Of a DNA stretch of 28,338 nucleotides, positions 27,601 to 28,338 are shown one piece after another (positions within the stretch are counted from its first letter, which is position 1; every line of letters begins with the position of its first letter). The translations under genes and the position numbers were made by a program. Under the pieces are notes generated by a model, which was given only the letters and a program-made list of their open reading frames with translations, was not told the origin of the DNA and did no database searches. Source of the DNA: a virus (taxonomy: Duplodnaviria > Caudoviricetes). Where the stretch lies: the IMG/VR virus record IMGVR_UViG_3300037856_000006, positions 1 to 28,338 of that record; one strand, 5' to 3'.

Positions 27601-27827
27601 CGCGTGCCTTACGCGACGTTGAAGCCAGCTTCCTTGAACTGCGCGCGATGGCCCCGGATGTGGCTGATGAGCTTCTGACGCGGCTGCGCCAAGCGCGCGT
27701 TTATGACGTTGCGACGGTTCGCGATGGCTACTTGGAACTGCAATCGCGCGTTCTCGACCAAGGTGCAGATGCGTTGCTTGATGATCTCAGCGCCGGTGCG
27801 CGCGACTGGGTAGATCACCCCTTCTAA
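21675..27827 (+). CDS. Large polyvalent ejection protein (DdrB-type ParB-like domain, HExxH zincin-like domain, LPD38-like C-terminus)
   Basis: 2050 aa. Hydrophobic Gly/Ala helices near the N-terminus, LQPRDR..GAPIV..VLSGNGR, LAHEAGH..EGFAEWF, and C-terminal LPKPFQ..NRDSF..IVP..SPAMMDH.I.G..G. Confidence 0.8.
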   Translation: MSDPRIQQLTQRFREELRGSVASMMTPEGANALQGGEGAGIDVLDASEQRRVPTIESRLSDAFRVEREAMLAAPPPAAPAMPEDDGFRMPSVVSDVGEGLLNTLINIPRGVATTVSTTMTGAALVPSEVEGARYERFIDQLRRVPEMDERELRLLQSRIDALEYADGGAQHQVQSVFDQIRNGTLDASEADFETLFANVPSFQQLALIQNAQELNQWAEQIFAPRPGWEDHYTTQLGQGLGSAVAFMSTMLLPGGAVTRVTAGGAAGVLAAKGEAAERALQEGATEMEVLQAVGLAAIPGMTEMVPFEYLVRMPVLRGAFLGALAEAGKQGLLEGGQEVLQEVMQNAIERMVYNEDQDLLEGAVTSAQTGAGVGVTLALMKQFIGGLIGARLREPAQVRMGGETVTIEPANQSEPGSPNERVAQTFEQVQSQATTSERVDQAFDDVQRATPPQAETVTTPSGSFSTEVQYEVVEASDLVAATGDLQPRDREDRAGSDLQVQRIAQNLDPARLASSTETDRGAPIVDGDGVVLSGNGRTAAIREAYASDGERAQAYRDYLSELGFSTDGMVQPVLIRRAPSLSQDERLLLARDSNFDDKLAMSLSEQAMADQALISADMLGQIDQDIEAGLAAMGNREFIRSFLAGLTPEQQASFLNADGEVTPAGTRRVEAALFARAYGSPDLVRRLIENEHDKSLRHALVGAAPEWARMRETTQGNDFDLTGNLVEAVRLVNQARGKGISLEALAAQADAFADIDQTALQIGRLFYQKNGRRLARADLIRDRLVAYARAVNREGQAVGDMFADEAATPDAVLAGVVEASQTGQQSRLAARAGNGEAEVSLRRDEAGLARPLNDESVALRDVIQKLDKALGLTAVRQGRLSVRSAGGKVLGQYSWNSGVIRVRNTMDVETLAHEAGHGLHQRATKDLEPLMMRHSSELVPLAYDGVKPADQLMEGFAEWFRLFVTNPAVATARAPQFEQAFLSWMDQTDPAALAGLREAQAAYTSYLQQPSGQTVAANLATAREPGLIERMVEAYKSGQLGNSAMAMADRFYAATIDKNAPIKRMVQDMVSIYEDRTGNALELRRADDPYVLARLSENAYQRGHADLMHGVHGYKEIDASTPSWRQALITAHGYEPGLSGKWNDSIVRDFGAYLVSRRAIQEYARYEKGEIPHPPTKETLGDHRVTVEEMEARYPSFVAAAGEMHTYLRGLLYKQYRAGLITSEAYQQLTARQDYVPFLRDVSDKAKAGGSGSPRNNASNGLQRFRGSDRDILNPVDTIMEMTYRANMQIARNDAMKSLGQLADRVGADAGSLVERIPNSEMQAQQVRVTEVIKQAARQNGIAQEDAEMMIMAADEMFGEDTASIFRSSEINERGEPIVYFWENGERKALRLADGEFGREVMDALTGMTPQMLELAAELLAPTSAVFRAGITTHPTFILANYFRDQLQAWAFGEGYKPFVDGARGVVQELRQGDMSRIYNLSGSIMGGTEVSALNVARVEKDINALASKGYAVQRVGRRGFARKLQGILEITEITETGTRFGLMQATMERAKRDGLSDWEALIEAGYASTDYMDFGRAGSKMMIARRLITFLNANLQGLDKLVRVVSGGDARRKLMKNWARTVLKDQAAIPLTREEQRELRIAKSAWVKMAGFAAFSAALMALYWDDEEFWEFSDYTRATHWMVKIDGTWLALPKPFQLAEMANLLERTTEYVFRQDDTAMRRYREQFVAMSLPPTSIPGVQTIGELTLNRDSFRDRAIVPDYMRGLPPELQYTAWNSEFSKRVGGALGVSPAMMDHAIQGFGGSWGRSLLQWSNQALSSTRPDAISPIEPLAQRFLKDPQRSSRVPDDFYTTATNFEQGFRRYEHHVEAQSPSEAAQALGRLREHERVYALINEHHDVDAKRLHPMRRAADVARVVSGMRREMLNGDLENTQFEGAPAFAQSPAVERQISTVLSRIQHREMANALTMVGERGYGPRALRDVEASFLELRAMAPDVADELLTRLRQARVYDVATVRDGYLELQSRVLDQGADALLDDLSAGARDWVDHPF

Positions 27828-27837
27828 GAGGTATCTG

Positions 27838-28338
27838 ATGACAATCCTATCAACGGACAACCGACGCTCATACACGGGCGACGGCAGCACCACTGTGTTC
27901 GCTTTTCCCGTCCGCTTTCTGGAAGCGGCAGACGTAAAAGTCGTCACCAGGGTCAACGACACCGAGACCGAACTGACCCAAGGCGTTGACTACACCGTCA
28001 CCGGCGCCGGCAATCCGGCAGGCGGCTCGGTGACGTTTACAGTTGCACCGGTGGCTGGCGCGACCGTGGTCATCTACAACGATCCCGCTTTGACGCAGAG
28101 TGTTGATTACCGAGATGACGACGAGTTTGCTGCGGAGACGCATGAGCGTGCGCTCGACAAGCTGACGTTGATTGTTCAGCGGCTCAGCGCCCGCATTGCA
28201 CGCACTTTGCAGTATGACGAAACTGCGCCAACCGTTCTCACGGCCTCGCAGGTGCTTGAGCGTGTGGACGATGCCGAAACGGCGCGAGATGAGGCGCAAG
28301 CGGCGTCAGCATCGACGGCTGCCGATCTGGTTGAGACG
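27838..28338 (+). CDS. Tail fibre protein, N-terminal T7 gp17-like anchor (3' truncated; not in ORF track)
   Basis: GAGG RBS, ATG 27838, MTILSTDNRRSYTGDGSTTVFAFPVRFL...GVDYTVTGAG...ETHERALDKLTLIVQ. Open to the window end. Confidence 0.88.
   Translation, partial: MTILSTDNRRSYTGDGSTTVFAFPVRFLEAADVKVVTRVNDTETELTQGVDYTVTGAGNPAGGSVTFTVAPVAGATVVIYNDPALTQSVDYRDDDEFAAETHERALDKLTLIVQRLSARIARTLQYDETAPTVLTASQVLERVDDAETARDEAQAASASTAADLVET

Larger units (their letters stand above)
1..28338 (+). mobile_element. Phage/prophage genome segment (podovirus-type, replication + packaging + virion modules)
   Basis: Co-oriented, tightly overlapping ORFs in the order primase, terminase, portal, scaffold, capsid, tail tubes, ejection proteins, tail fibre. 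No host housekeeping genes. Both ends cut genes, so integration status is unknown. Confidence 0.97.

Noticed and set aside
27868-28299. 143-aa minus-strand ORF at the window end
   Set aside because: It is antisense to the clear tail-fibre frame starting at 27838.

Overview
The window is a contiguous, entirely plus-strand piece of a tailed phage or prophage with a short-tailed (podovirus-type, T7/BPP-1-like) virion module. The host is probably an alphaproteobacterium, inferred only from gene families and high GC. Order: (1) replication module (partial Cas4-like/PD-(D/E)XK nuclease, RNase HI-like protein, SF2 helicase, HTH protein, orphan DNA methyltransferase, DUF6511-like protein, Prim-Pol primase with a P-loop domain); (2) an AT-rich intergenic region with about eight copies of a decamer, probably the replication origin; (3) two small winged-helix-like proteins and a putative late regulator, then a promoter-like element and a terminator; (4) a Tad1-family anti-defence sponge and two small unknown genes; (5) TerS, TerL, portal, scaffold, major capsid, tail tubes A/B, three internal virion/ejection proteins (one with a lysozyme-like domain, one a 2050-aa polyvalent protein) and the start of a tail fibre. 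I found no integrase, DNA polymerase, tRNA, rRNA or CRISPR array. The most unusual signals are the Tad1 mini-island, an unannotated 25-aa poly-Arg peptide paired with a disordered protein ending in an N-antiterminator-like Arg-rich motif right after a GNRA-loop terminator, boxB-like hairpins in the late leader, and the iteron region flanked by two similar winged-helix domains. All family calls come from motif recognition and synteny, not from database searches.
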